Source: Lama glama (Eukaryota). Taken from it: 64,000 bases of DNA. This document shows, one piece after another, positions 38,430-51,700 of this stretch. Made by a program: the position numbers and the translations under genes. The notes beneath the pieces are model-generated. The model was not told the origin of the DNA. It was given only the letters and a program-made list of their open reading frames with translations, and made no database searches. Location of the stretch: the NCBI GenBank assembly GCA_028534125.1, contig CM052816.1, positions 4,776,001 to 4,840,000 of the forward strand, given 5' to 3'. Positions within the stretch are counted from its first letter, which is position 1, and every line of letters starts with the position of its first letter.

Positions 38430-39012
38430 CCCATCCATACTCCTCAGTTCAACCTGTGTGATCTTTTACTGGTGAAGCAGGTAACGTCACTCCTTTGTGA
38501 AACCCTCCACAGCCTTCGCTTGTTATTAGGATGAAGCCCCTAGTCTACACAATGGCCCTGGGATCCAGACCTGCCTCCCTCTCCAGTGTCACCTCCTGCC
38601 AGCTGCCTCCTTCTTGCTCACCTCACTCTAGCCACAGGGGCCCCCTTTCAGCCCCACAGCCCTGGAAAGCTCTTAGTGGCCCTGGGTCTCCATTCATATC
38701 GCTCCGCTTGGAAGCTGCCTGCACCCTGCCCTGCTCTTCTTCTGGCAAAGACACTGTCAGCCTAGAGGACTCTATTTTAAATGCCACTTCCCTAGAGAGC
38801 TCTCCCCTAACCCCTCAGTCTAAAGTAGGTCCCCTTGTTTCCTGCCTCCCAGCATCTTCTCTTTTCTCCCTGTCACTGATCACAGTTTCTGACTCTGCAT
38901 TTATTCCTGTGATGATGTGTTGAATGCCAGTCTCCCCACCTGACTATGGGGCTTAGCTCACACCTGACATGTAGGAGACATCTTGCTCCATAATGTGTTC
39001 TGAATGAATGAA
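38430..39012 (+). mobile_element. L2 3' portion
   Basis: 'gtcactcctttgtgaaaccctccacagcctt', tail 'tgttctgaatgaatgaatga'. Confidence 0.8.
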
Positions 39013-39043
39013 TGATATTGTCATTAGTAAAGGGCAGGTTGTA

Positions 39044-39459
39044 GTGAAATAAGTCAAACAGAGAAAGACACATACCATAAGATCTCACTTGCATGTAGTA
39101 TTCAAAAAAAAAAAAAGATAAATAAACCCACATTTAGATACAGAGAACACACTGATCATTGCCAGAGGTGGGGGTGGGGAGCAAAATGGGTGAAGATGGT
39201 CAAAATAAGATAAGCAAGTCCTGGAGATGTGTGTGCAGCATGATGACTATTGTCAATGACATTGTATTGTGTATTTGAAAGTTTCTAAGAGGAGAGATCT
39301 TAAAAGATCTCGTCACAAGGAAAAAAATTTGGTAACGATGTATGGTGACGGATGTTAACCAGACTTATTGTGGTGATCATTTCACAGCGTATTCATACTT
39401 CAAATCATTGTGTTGTACACCTGGAACTAATATGTTATATATAAATTATCTCTCAATTA
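39044..39459 (+). mobile_element. L1MA9/10-like 3' end with TSD
   Basis: 'agtgaaataagtcaaacagagaaagac...tggtgatcatttcacagcgtat...aattatctctcaattaa'; TSD aaagggcaggttgta 39029-39043 and aaaaggcaggttata 39460-39474. Confidence 0.88.
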
Positions 39460-42400
39460 AAAAGGCAGGTTATAAAATGGTTGGTGTAACAGGATTTCAG
39501 TATCAATAAAAATATATATATGTACATAACTGTAATGTATCTAGGCATAGAAAAAAAAAGACCAGCAAAAAACCCAAGCTGTTAACAGCAACCATCCCTG
39601 TGTCATGATTTTAATTTTCTTCTATCCTGATTTTCTATAGGGAACATGTAACTTTCAAAATCAAGAGAACATTGATTTCTTTAAAAAAAAAAACAGTAAA
39701 AACTAAAGCCCTGGGTTTGACTCTTCACTCTTAACAGTTTGGTCTTAGGGAAAGTCAGCTCTTCATAGACTCTTTCTTATAAATGGGGGTGAGGGCACCT
39801 CCCCTAATATCTCAGAGGAGAATCAGTGGAATAATGTACTTTTAAAGGTTCGCACATATTTCAGTAATTACTCTGGGTAATTACTTCAGGGGCATGAGAC
39901 GCAAATTCTGTGTAGGGTGATGGGCATCTGCCCAATGGTTGTGTAATCTGCAAATGCCTCAAGCTGCTGAGGGGCTGGGGCCTCTGCCTTTTGACTGGCA
40001 TCTTGACAGCTGTCACCACCCAGAGAGTGAGAGCAGGAGGCCTGTGGGATGCGGGAGGAGAGCCCACATGGGGAGAGAGGTGGGACGAATTTCACAGAAA
40101 CAGGGTCATCTTCTCTCCTTTCCCCAAGACCAAACGCTAGGAAACAGATGGCCTCCAGAGCCCAGCACAAGTTCCCAGCAGAGAAGAGAAGGCTCCAAGT
40201 TGAAACCTGGAGTTACTGGGAGATAACAGCATTTTTCATGCTAAATAACTCAACTCAGTGGACTCTTTCTGCATCCTCTTGGCAAAACTCCAAGTGATTC
40301 TGGGCATTCTCTTTGGGTTCTTTCTTGTCAACCTTCTGCTTACTGAATGCAACTTCAGAGAAGAGCCCCTCCAACTCTATGGAAGACAGCAGCTCATCCA
40401 GCTGATCCCATAAATATTTATTGAGCATGTATACTGTTAGGCACTGTGCTGGGAGCAGAGGCTAAAACGAACGACAAAGCACTGACCCTGCTCTCAAGGA
40501 GCACATGATCCAGTCACTACGATCTTGTCATAGTTCCCTCAGACTCCCGCAGCAATGCCCACTTCAGGACTCCTTGCTTTGTGTCCCTGCTCTACCCATT
40601 TTAGCATTTATTCCCCTGAACTGCCTCCACTCACCTTGGAGACCACCTGCAACCTCCTTGACGACACAGACTTAACTTTGAACCAGCATCTGTAGCACAA
40701 GTCTTTTATATATGGTGCTCAGTGAATAAGCAAATGAGCAAATGATCTACTTGCCTAAAGCATTTCATAAGCAAATGCCAACAGAACAGTGAAGATTACC
40801 TAGAAAGTAAATGTTCAATAGAAATGGGTGCTGTCTTTGCACGTGTGTCCTTTCTACAGTAAACAGGCGGGAGGTGAAAGAAGACAGGAAATAGGGAGCT
40901 GTTTCTTAAAGACTCTCTGTATCACTGGTACAGATGCTTCAGCCCCCCAGAGAAGTGCACAGCTCACAGAATTCCAACAAATTAAGAGTTCTTCCTAAGA
41001 GAAATAATTGCATTTATTGAAGGGTGTCATCAAAGACATAGGTTGTCCCTAGCCCCAGTGACCTTACCACAAGGTATAAAATTGCACAAAACCGGTATGC
41101 ACAGGAGCTCATGTTTACAAGGGGTACCCAGAATGATGAGGGCCACATTCTGAGGAATAGGGAAAGGAATTCGAAACGGTCACCTCAGAGGAGACAAAAT
41201 TCAGGGGTGGTGTAGTGGCAGACCTCAAATATCAGGACCAGGGTACAGAAAAGAGGTGATAATGTTTCCTCATGATCCCCAAGGTCAAAGGCCAGGTCCC
41301 ACAGGTGGGTATGAGAAAGGGGCAGGTTCTTGGCTCAAGAGAAAAGGCACATGTCAGGAGATTACCATAAATGATACAATTCGGCAACTCAAGGTCAAAG
41401 GCAGTAACACAGAACAGAACTCTTTGAAATGCTGTGTTCAAAGTTTACAAAAAGAGTGCTCGATACGCATGCCCAGGATATAAAACTGAATCATTTAATT
41501 CCTTGCCTACTAGGAAAGAATGCTAAACCTAACATCCTACGTGAGTGCTCTTGTCAGATTGGTGGACTCGTGGCCCTCTGAAGGATCCTTGGCTTTTCAG
41601 CAACTTGCCTTGCTCATAACGGCTCTCCTTAGCTTCAGTGCACTTTGGACCTATTCATGCCCACAAGCCCCAGCTAACGTCTCTAGAGTGAAGCGTCCAC
41701 AGGTCACTGTGAGTCACAATGATCCCTCCATTCTTCAAAATTCTCAGCACCAGGGTTGCTCTACTTTGACGTTTTTGGATGTGTCATTTCAACTGTTCAA
41801 GAATTCATGTTTGCCCTCCAATTAGATTCTAGTCTCCTTAAAGGAAGATGCCACATACTTTTAATCTATAGGGACTAACAGTCCCTTGCATTTAACAGGC
41901 CCTCAGTCAATGTCCACAGACCTGGTGCTGCTGGATTCAAGCCAGAGACTGGAGGCAGCCCATTCTGCCAAGGTCTTGGAAAACATCTGTGTTTTTTCAG
42001 CACAGCATTTGCCATCCATCATGGAGGAGACTGAAACACAAAGAAGTCAAGTGCAGTGCAAGGTCATGTGCAGGAGCCCCGGCAACTCCATCCTCCAAGG
42101 TTGGAACGTTCTCTCCCTCTCTCCAAACAGCAGACCATATGGTCTCCTAAATCTCAGCTTTCGTGGTGTAACTCTAATTACAATGTTAGTTAGCAATGAG
42201 TTCGGTGATTCAAAATCACTAGTACAGTCTTCCCAGGCAGCCGAGCTTTTTTTTCCTGCTCTCACTCCAAATAGGGCGGCTTTGTCATCAGCCTTGCTCT
42301 TGCTTCCTGTGTTATAATTGCTTAGCTGCTTAGAAAATGAAACGAGCCCAAGACTACCAAACCTAGCTGAAAGCTACAAGCGCTCCAGGAGACAGGACGG

Positions 42401-42584
42401 AGTAGCAGCCAGATGGCTAAGTAGCCTCCGATGAAACTGCAATCAAATTGGGAGACACAAATCAGAAAGTGCTCCTCCGTTGCGCAAATACCACATGCCA
42501 GGTGTTGAACTCAGAAGTGCACATGTGCTTGCCTAGATGTTTTGTGAATGTGGTTGAGAAGAAACCCTTAAAAGTAAATCCTTG

Positions 42585-42990
42585 GAATTGCAAATGTTGG
42601 AAAAGACTTCTCAAGGTCATCTGATCCAGACTTTTCCACATGCACAAAGGTCCCATCAAAAGAGCTCACCTAAGTTCTGTTCAACACTTCCCATCAAGGA
42701 AACTCATGACCTCAAAACGTAGTCCAACTGGGGACCATTATTAGAGCCTGTTCTTCCTCATACGCTCAGCATCTTACTTCACTTGCCACTTACGCCACTT
42801 ATTGGTTCTTGCTAGACTCTCTGGAACTAAGCGGAAAAAACAGATCTTCTTGTCCATTAGATAACTCTTTCAGACAATTAAGGAGGCTCTCAAGTCCCCC
42901 TTAAATCTTTACTTCTTTAAATATCTCCCAAGGACTTAACTGCTCATTACTTGATTTAATCTCAAACTTCTTCACTTAGCTTACCCACAT
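42585..42990 (-). mobile_element. CR1/L3 LINE fragment
   Basis: 'gacttctcaaggtcatctgatcca...aacacttcccatcaaggaaactcatgacctc...ttcttcctcatac' resembles antisense L3. Confidence 0.6.
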
Positions 42991-43009
42991 CTTTCCCTCG
43001 GGGAATCTG

Positions 43010-43600
43010 TTCCCTGCCACAGCCCTGCTCAGGCAGCCTCCCTCAGTTCCCGACCACAGGAGCCCAACCGCTGGTCACATCTGACTGGCCCAGGGGTGGA
43101 CGCCTGGCACAAGCACAGCCACCCACTGGCATCTTGTAGCATCAAACAGGTGAGAAAAGATGAGCTGGGCCATCAAGTTAATCTCCTGAAAACTGGAAAC
43201 TGAGTAGCCTAGAGACTGGTACCACTTAACTACGGGCTCCTGAGCTGGAAGGCTATGCAGCCGGGGCAGGAGCGGCCATTTGGGGCCAGAGCAAGATGAG
43301 TAAGCAAAGGAAGGAAGCTTTTTAGGAAAGACAGGATATTAGACCAGATACAGAGAGAGAACCATAGACCCCACAAGGGAAAGAAACTGAGATGAGGGAG
43401 GGGCTTCCCTGCCTTTCCCAAGATTTGCATTGTAGCTCTTCTGGGATCCTGGGATCTTCACCTGTTCAAGAAAAGATGAGGAAAACAGAGAATCTCTATT
43501 CCTTGCACCCTAAAGATGCCGGACTGAGAGCTCTCTCTTTTCCAGTGCCTCTTCTTCTGGAGGGCAGCCATACATTTCCAGGTTACTCCAAATGTGGACT
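43010..43600 (+). mobile_element. LTR16-like ERVL LTR
   Basis: 'gactggcccaggggtggacgcctggcac...gggccatca...gcggccatttggggcc'. Confidence 0.5.
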
Positions 43601-43626
43601 TTTCCCATTGTGTTTCATATATACAA

Positions 43627-43967
43627 TGGAAAAAGTTAATCAACTAGAGCATCCATTAAATAGGGGTGGGAGACCAGAACAGGGAGCTCTCACGCCCTGT
43701 GACGGTAGCAGAGCCCAGCAGGAAGAAGAAAAACCCCTCTTCTTTCCTGGCAAGGATTCAGCCAATGAAAGCCTACAGAGTCTTTGTTTACTGGACCCCA
43801 CCCAGCTCCCTTTTTCTCGCTGTAAAAGCATCCTCTTTTCTTGGCCCTGCAGGAACCCACATGTGGCTCACCATGGCTGCAGATCCCAAAACGCAATTCT
43901 CTGCTGATCTCAAATAAACCCTCCTCTTCTGGAGAAATATCGGCAGTCTGTTTATTTCATGTCAAAT
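43627..43967 (+). mobile_element. Short ERV1-type solo LTR
   Basis: CCAAT 'cagccaatgaaa', TATA-like 'ctgtaaaagc', AATAAA 'ctcaaataaacc', U5-like end 'gtctgtttatttcatgtcaa'; TSD not clean. Confidence 0.7.
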
Positions 43968-44399
43968 ACATAAAATATACGTTATAAAGTCTAAGTGAAA
44001 CAACTTAGAAATGGTGTGTGACAATAGCAATTAACATTAACTGCATGCTCACTGTATACAATGTGCTACACTAGAGACAAGGCTATGGTGGCCACCCTCT
44101 TGGAAGTTCAGAAAGTCTAGTTGGGGTAGCTAAGGACAGTCACAAAAAGCTGACTGTTCTACTCTAAAGATGGAAGAGGGTGGGGCTGTGAGGAGGCTCT
44201 TACTTTTTCTTTTGGTCCTTTCTTTACTATCAGACTTTTCCAACAAAATATATGCATGACTTTTTTATATCAAAAAAAATTATCATGACAAGGAAATTAG
44301 GGGGCATTTTTTTGTTACCTTCCTTATATTTTTGATGATTAAAAAAAACTTTGTATTTTTCTAATACAGAAGAATTTAATGAGAAATTTAGGATAAAAT

Positions 44400-45000
44400 A
44401 TGGACACAAATCTAGAGATATGGGGAGAGATTACCCCTGAATGATCAGGTCTAGGCAGGTGTTTTTAAAGTGGAGCCATCTCAGTAGGGCTGCGAAGGAT
44501 GGAAAGATAAAATAGTGGGATACTGAGGGGAAGACCCTCCACGGAGATGCAAAAGAACCAGCGAGGGCAGAAAGGCATGAAACTAGGTGGCATGTTCAGG
44601 GTGAACAATCCAGCGTGGCTGAGCAATGACTGCAGGGCAGGGAACACCAGAGTGGTTGTTTGGCCCATCTGCGAAAGGTCTGGAACGCCCAGCCAAGGAG
44701 AGACATGGCCAGAGTTTTGCTTACAGTGCAGCAAAGAGAATGGAAATAAAGAGAAAGAGCTGAGAGGCAGGGCAGTGGTTGAGAGGATTGGTAAGGACCA
44801 AATTAAGCCAACAAAGTTCGTGGCACAGTGACTGGCATATGGTAAGTGTTAAGTGAACGGTAACACTTATTTTTAAGAAGGAACAGCATGTACGAAGGCT
44901 AAAAGTTAAGAAAGAACATGGCAAGTTCAAGAGAAGTAGTCATGTTGACAGAATGGACAACATGTGCTGGGACAATGGTAAATGATGAGCCTGGAGACGG
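44400..45000 (-). mobile_element. L2 fragments (antisense)
   Basis: 'gcaaaagaaccagcgagggcagaaaggcatgaaactaggtggcatgttcaggg', 'gaacagcatgtacgaaggc'. Confidence 0.55.
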
Positions 45001-45616
45001 AAGCAAAGGTAAGAAGGGGGGAGGCTCTTGGAATAAGGCTTAGATGGGCAACAGGGTACACAGTGATGTCATTAAACAAGACACAGACTTGGAGAGAAAT
45101 CTAGAGCATTCTTCTGGGGACAAAAGTCACAGGAATTACTTGACAACCATCTTATGACGACTTTCCCGAAGTACATGCATTTCCCAGAGGGAAAAACAAT
45201 GGAGATGAGATTCAGCTAAGAGCTGCAAATGGTGAGTCCCATTCTCAGCAGTGGCAGGAAACAAGGAGGTAGCCAAGTCCTTGGACCAATGCTCTCAGAG
45301 CAGGAAAGGGGCTCAGGTGAGCAGTGTGGCAGAAGGAAAGGGCACCTCATCAAAACAAAAGAGGAATTTATCTGGACTCCATTTCAGACCCTACCACTTA
45401 CTCACATGTAACCAAACCACTCCCTTTCTCCGTGTCTTAGTAAATAGGGAGATGGCCTGGATTGGTCATTCTCAACCTAGGAACCACAGATGCCCAGGAG
45501 TCCATGCAAATGCTAGCAGAGAGTCACAAGAACTTGCAACATACTTTATAGGACCCCACGGCAATTCTAGCTCTTTCAAGCTGATCCAAAGCTTCAGTGA
45601 ACACTACATGCACATC

Positions 45617-45743
45617 TTTTGGGGGGGGGGCAGTAATTAGGTTTATTTATTTAATTTTTTAAAAATGGATGTACTGGGGATTGAACCCAGGACCTCATGC
45701 ATGCTAAGCATGTGCTCTACCACTTAAGCTATATCCTCCCCCC
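45617..45743 (-). mobile_element. Vic-1-type SINE
   Basis: gtactggggattgaacccaggacctcatgcatgctaagcatgtgctctaccacttaagctatatcctccccc; imperfect TSD acatgcacatctttt / acattgcacattttt. Confidence 0.92.
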
Positions 45744-45989
45744 TAACATTGCACATTTTTATCTGATTCACAATAACTAGAGAATAAATTAAGTATAATT
45801 TACAAAGTCCAGTTTGTTCTTCCAAAAAATTTAAAATATGTTATAAAAGAAGGAATGGTGGTTAAAAAAATAAATTGAAAAAAAAGTATGACAACAATGG
45901 ACCAACTGATTTCAAAGGTCATTCCAGCTCTAACAATCTAGAATCTTCCCTTTACCTACTGTCAAACATCTGGTCAATAGAGATCTATA

Positions 45990-46130
45990 TCCTCAAGGTT
46001 AAAAACATGGGATTCAGAATCAGATGGCCTAGGTTCAATTCTCATCTTTGGCATTCGCCAGCTGAATGACACTGACCAAATTACTTAACCCTTTGAAATC
46101 TCAATTTTGTAATAACTAAATTGAAATTAA
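45990..46130 (+). mobile_element. MIR fragment
   Basis: 'ggttaaaaacatgggattcagaatcagatggcctaggttcaattctc...aaattacttaacc'. Confidence 0.7.
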
Positions 46131-46959
46131 AAGAGCATTTTCCAGACAGAGTTGTGGCACAGAGGGAAACAATACAAACTTTAGTTATCGGCATACCTCT
46201 TCCTGATCTTTGCTGTATCTGCATAAAATCTGAAATCTAAGTTACGTAAACATTTTTTAACTCAATCTAAGTTTTCACTTAAATTCATGCACTATAACAG
46301 GAAATGATAAATTACTACCATAAATAGGAAAACAGTGTCACCATAAGTTGATATTCAACCAATAATGCCAATAAAAATCACACTGAAATTTTTTCTCAGT
46401 AAATAACAATTAAAATTTTGTTGAATTTTAGCTAAATATTATTTTCTGCTAAAGGCCCTGTGCCGAGGCTGCCCTCTCTTTGTTAAAATGAAGAAGAGAT
46501 GGATAAGAATGCAGCAACTTCAAACTGAGACTTTCTCCTTGAAGTAATCAGAAAGCTGGGAAGAGAATTAAAAAGGAAACTATGATTTGGTGTTACTCAG
46601 TGTCTCAACAGAGTATGACCTAAAATAATCTCTCATAACACATAAGCCACACTGGGGTACGCTGAGATAATATATTCAAAGCGGTTGTCTCTAGACTTGT
46701 CATCAAGTAACTGGTAAATGTTTTTGTTTTTATTGCTACTGTTAACACTGGGGCCCTGACATAGGCCTGGGCCCACCCCAGCCCTGCCCACACTGGGTAT
46801 AGACAGCCTGGCTGTGTCACCGCAGAAGCCTCTATAAGCAGTGCTGTCATTCACTCCTTCCTGCCTTTCCAGACCACTTGTCAATTCCTTCTCCACTGCA
46901 CATCTTTAATTCACCCCTTTCGGTCTGCATCCATAATGACAACCCAGTTCTTCATCAAC

Positions 46960-47260
46960 CAACCCTGGCTCTTACCCTTCGGGATTCAGCTGGAAACGCT
47001 GCTGCAAGAAGGCTTTCCTGATATCCCCTACTAAGCCCCCAGAGAGACGCAACAGCCCTCTTTACTGCACTGCCTGGACTGTCTGCACAAACTTCTGGTA
47101 TAATAAGTACCTGGCTATACTGCAGGGTCCTCCTGTTTGTGTCTGTCTTCCCCACTCAGCCATAAATTTCTAGAAGCCATGAACTGTGCTAATTCACCTT
47201 TGTATCACTTAGCTCATAACTGATGCTCAATTCAGTCTTCCTATTTGGACAGAAGAGAGG
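46960..47260 (+). mobile_element. L2 3' end
   Basis: 'gaaggctttcctgat', 'tgtgtctgtcttcccactcagccataaatttctagaag...ttcacctttgtatc...tgatgctcaatt'. Confidence 0.6.
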
Positions 47261-48519
47261 AAGAAAGGAAGGGAGGGGGGTGGGAAGGAGAGAGGGAGGG
47301 AGGTGGGTCTTATAATGATAGATCACAGTGCTTCTGGCTTTCTGATTTCCTAAGACACAAGAAAAACAACATAATTCAGGCAGAGTTGGCTTAATTCCCC
47401 CTTGTCCAATTTCTGTACACCCCCTTCGCACACCATCACCATCTACGGCTTTCTCCTCATCTTACAAATACCTAAGGACTCTTGCCTTCACGGAAACTAC
47501 CTGGGCTCCTGGCCAGAAAGCAAACAAGCCTAAGAAGAAAGGAAAATAAATAAAGAACAACCACACCATCTCGTACTTTTGAAGTCTGGGAAATGAATTC
47601 CGAGTGGGAGCTAAACTCAAAACCAAATGTTTGGCTTTCAGTGAGAACCAGCTACTTGGCTGAAAGCCTCACTCAGCCCCTTCCTGAAACCACCTAGCAA
47701 ATGTCGGCCCAGAACTCTTCCCGAGAACCGTCTCCCCTATACATTTTTTAGCAAGGAAGCAACTACTGCCAAGAGAAAACAATCAAACTTTCTACTGACT
47801 ACCTCAAAGCTGTTTGTGATTGGTCTTTTCCTACCTTGGGAACTTTCCAAATAGTTCCTCAGGAATTAGAACATGTTTGGAAAGAGTTTGTTCAAACCAG
47901 CAGATTAACACCTGCCGTATATGTCACACACACACACATCAAACTTTTAAACCGGGCACCTCCTTTGCATTCAGATTCCCCAGGAATGGACATCTGGCCA
48001 CATGAAGCTACTTTTGCTCCCTGAGTCTGGGGACAAGATGTGCTTCCAGGGAGTAGATGAAATTGAGGAGAGGGGTAAGGAGGCTCCAAGGCCCACTGGG
48101 AGGAGACCTGGGGAAAAATGCACAAAGCAAAAGCATTTTCCACACACCTGACTCAGCTGGACTAACCTCCTGGGGAAATGTTTCAAATTCTGTTTCCAGA
48201 CGAGATCATGAAGTTACTTATCTGCTCCTGTCTCCTCTTTAGGAACCTCTCCTTGGACCACACACTGAAAAGCCAGGGTCAAGACCTCAGTTCACATTAC
48301 ATTTGGCCTTTGCCTTTGTCCTTCCAGTGACATCCCCGGGGACCAGATCGCCAGGACCACACAGGCAGGCCCCTCTTCCTGACTGCTGCGTTCGGGTCTC
48401 ATCACAGTTTGAGGGAAATGTCGAGCCCTCACGGCACTCTCCCAGGCGAACACAGACCTGAGGGTCCCAGAGCTCTGAGGACAAGCAACCCCAAATCTGT
48501 ACCTGTCCCCAGCCAGACA

Positions 48520-48715
48520 GCACTGATTTGGAAGTGACACAGATCCATGTTCAGTGGGGCAAGTTACTTCACAACTCTGAGCCTGAATCCTTCATCTGTA
48601 GAGATATCGCTTGTCTGAAAGGATTAATTCTGACGATTAAATTAACTGATGTGACATACGTAAGGCATAGGGCCTATTTCCAAGTAGGTGCTCAATGTGT
48701 ATTTGTTGAATGTTA
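48520..48715 (+). mobile_element. MIR
   Basis: 'gggcaagttacttcacaactctgagcctgaatccttcatctgtaga...agtaggtgctcaatgtgtatttgttga'. Confidence 0.8.
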
Positions 48716-51700
48716 CAAGAATGGTGGATTCCTCTGTTTGGACGCTGAGCTAAAGAAATCCAGGCTGATCTCAGACTCCCCAAGAGCAGTTTGCTCAGTC
48801 CCCGCTTCCAGGAATAACTCCTCCTCACCCCAATCCCTAGGCGCCAGGACACAGGTCCCAGGCCCATGTTTAGAGGTATAAAGGGTAGGTGATGTGAGCA
48901 GTCAGCCTTGCGTCCAGGCAACAAAGGGGTGCATGGTCTTTAGAGAATTTAAAAACAGTGAAAGTCGGTCTGATTTTATTATCACCAGGCACCAGCAGTT
49001 CTACACAACGTCAGACATAAAACACTCCTCCCCATGCCAACGCCCACGCCCACGCCCATACCCACACCCACCTGTGTCACTAAAGGACAGTGCACGTGTC
49101 CTGGCTGAGGCCCTGTCTGGCTTCACATTCCATCTGGATGGATCAGAAGCCAAACTCCTGGACTCATCTGGGTACCAGAGATGCTCCCAGATCTTGGTCT
49201 GTATCTATCTATCCAGAGAATTCCAGAAGCCTTTTGGCCCCTGTCTTGAGAAGAACACAGTGTGCTAACAAGAGGTAAAGGTGCTTTAGGCTACCAGTGT
49301 ATAAACAGGCCCAGATCAGAATAATGAGCCCAATTAATCAACAAACCTTCTATCCTGCTCTTTCATTGCCCCTTGTTTGGGGTTACACAATGGGCCTATT
49401 TCCTTAAAAACTGAAGCTTGACCCCTGGGTGGTCTTGGGCCTCTGTTTGGTTTTTATATGTAGTAAGAAAAGGGAAAAGACATCAGATGACAGAGCTGGA
49501 GGAGCAGTGGAGTTCAACTTTTATATGTGAGGAAACTGATGCTCAGAGAGGTAAAGGAGCCAGTCCATGGTCACACAGCAAATGAATAGCAAAGAGGGGA
49601 AATGACCACCTAACTGTGGCATTATGAAAAGGAAGGCAGTGCACGGAAAAGGAGAGCTCTGTGCTGGCACATAGTAAACAATTGATGAGCGTTAATTACT
49701 ACTTTTGTGTTGTTATCACTGTGGTTGTCATTAATACAAGACTGGAACCCACGTCTCCAGGCGTTGGGGCAGGGTCTTCCTAGCACCCAGCTCAGTGACC
49801 ATCCAAATTCTGTGTGAGTATCTCCAGTCTAAGCCCCCTGACCTCTAGAGCTGCCCCATCCCATCTCTGGGCCCTCCTTTTAAGCAGCTCTCCTTTATAA
49901 TGAGCCCATTTTAAACATCCATCTCCTTGTCCTTTTGCCCATTGGTTAGTCCTAGATTTAATCTTACGAGCATTGAGCCTTTCACAAAGAGCTTCCGATG
50001 TTACATTGGAAGATGTCGGTCTCTGGATAGAAGCCATCCAATTAACCTGACTGGGTGATTTAAAAAAATTTTTTTAATTATCTTTCATCTTTCACCCCAA
50101 GAAAGAAAAGGGCAGTCTTTATCTTAATAACAAAGAAGACACCTTAATCATGGCAAACCTGCTGAATAAGTCAAAACAATCAGTTTGCAGGAGGCAAACA
50201 CCCTCTGTTGGATAAATTAAGATGAGCGTCTCCATAGGTGCCCATTACCCTGACAGGAGCAGACAGGAGAGTCTGTCTCTGTCAATCTTCCCTCAGGAAA
50301 GGCAGCACAGATTAGACCTGACAGATGTTTGTCTCTGAAGAGCAGGAATGAACACGAAACAAAGAGCCGCCTCTGACATCATCTCTCCACTCAATAGCAC
50401 GCGTGACGTTTATGGCCACCTTGTACCTTTACACAACCTCCTGTGCTCTGAAGAACACAGTCATCACTTTATCTGGCCCTTAAGGAAATCCTGTGACGTA
50501 AGTAAAGGAGGGGCTCGGGTTTCCAGATGAAGAAGTGAAACAGAAGTGTGGCCAGCCAGTTCATTCATAATGAATGATGCCAAGCATGGCGCTAGGATCT
50601 ACAGAGGAGATGAGGGGGAAGAGAGACAGCACTTTTGCTTCCACAGCCCTATGAGAGCAGGAAACAGAAGGTCAGACAGATGGGTAAGGTAAGTGCCAGG
50701 GTGGGAGAAGCATCAGATCTGGTCAAGGGTCCTGAAGGATTAGAGGCAGCAAAAGCATCCAACCCTGGAAGGCAAGGCTTACTAGGAAGAGCCAAGGAGG
50801 GAAGACAGGTGATGTGAGGAGAAATACCAGCCAAGGGGGTGCATGGGCACAAAGCAGCAGGATGTGGAAGACCTCTAAACAAGGAGGTGGGAAATAGAAA
50901 GGGAAATCCAAACACTTCCGCATTCCATGGGCTTCCGGGCCCTCGGGGTGTGCTGGAGGTCTATGGTACTCCTGGTGACATGTAATGAGATTTGACCACA
51001 ACGTCTGAAAGGGAACGGTGACGCCAGAAAAGCTGCTCCTTCTGCCAAATCCCGTCTGCCAAATCGCCTGCCCAGACAAGGCTGAACACACCAGTCCTGA
51101 GACCTCACCGCCAGTCCCCCTGCCTGGACAACAGCCAGGACGTGCCAGAGTCCAGGGGGCTTCGCACCTCACCAGACTGGCACGAAGAGGAAAAGGGCAT
51201 CTATCATGTCTTCCTTTCTCAACTTAACCCTGGACCTAGAGCCACGCACCCAGGCCAGGAGGGAAGGGCTGGCAGGGTTAGGGAAAGGAGAGGGACTTCA
51301 CAGCCCTGTGACATTGGTTCCATCAACACGATGAATTTTTTTTTTCAAAGAGCACAAATGAGAAGCACCTCAAGTTTAAGGCATCTCTTTTTGGGGTCAG
51401 ATGAATGGTTCACTTTAGTGAACTATGTATTTTTGAAACAGAATTCACATGAGGTATTTTGTTCCCACTTTCCTTCCCATGATTTGGGGAGGGGAGTGCA
51501 GGTCACAGTCCCCACGAAACCAGCTTCTGTCTTCTGGTTCCTTGAGCTTCTCTGTTGGTCCGATTTACTCTCAGTCCTTCTCTTCTATCCTCAGCCTTGA
51601 ATTCTCTTCTGTGACCACTTTCTCTGAGCTCTGAGCCCTACTCTCTCTCACGCGCATTTGTTTTCTAGATCCATAAAACGTCTTGCTTTTCCTCAGTCAA

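Noticed and set aside
47271..47307. G-rich tract with quadruplex potential
   Set aside because: Purine-rich decay of an L2 tail; needs a long loop and has no other support.
50060..50077. Perfect 18-bp palindrome TTAAAAAAATTTTTTTAA
   Set aside because: Homopolymer A/T juxtaposition, common by chance.
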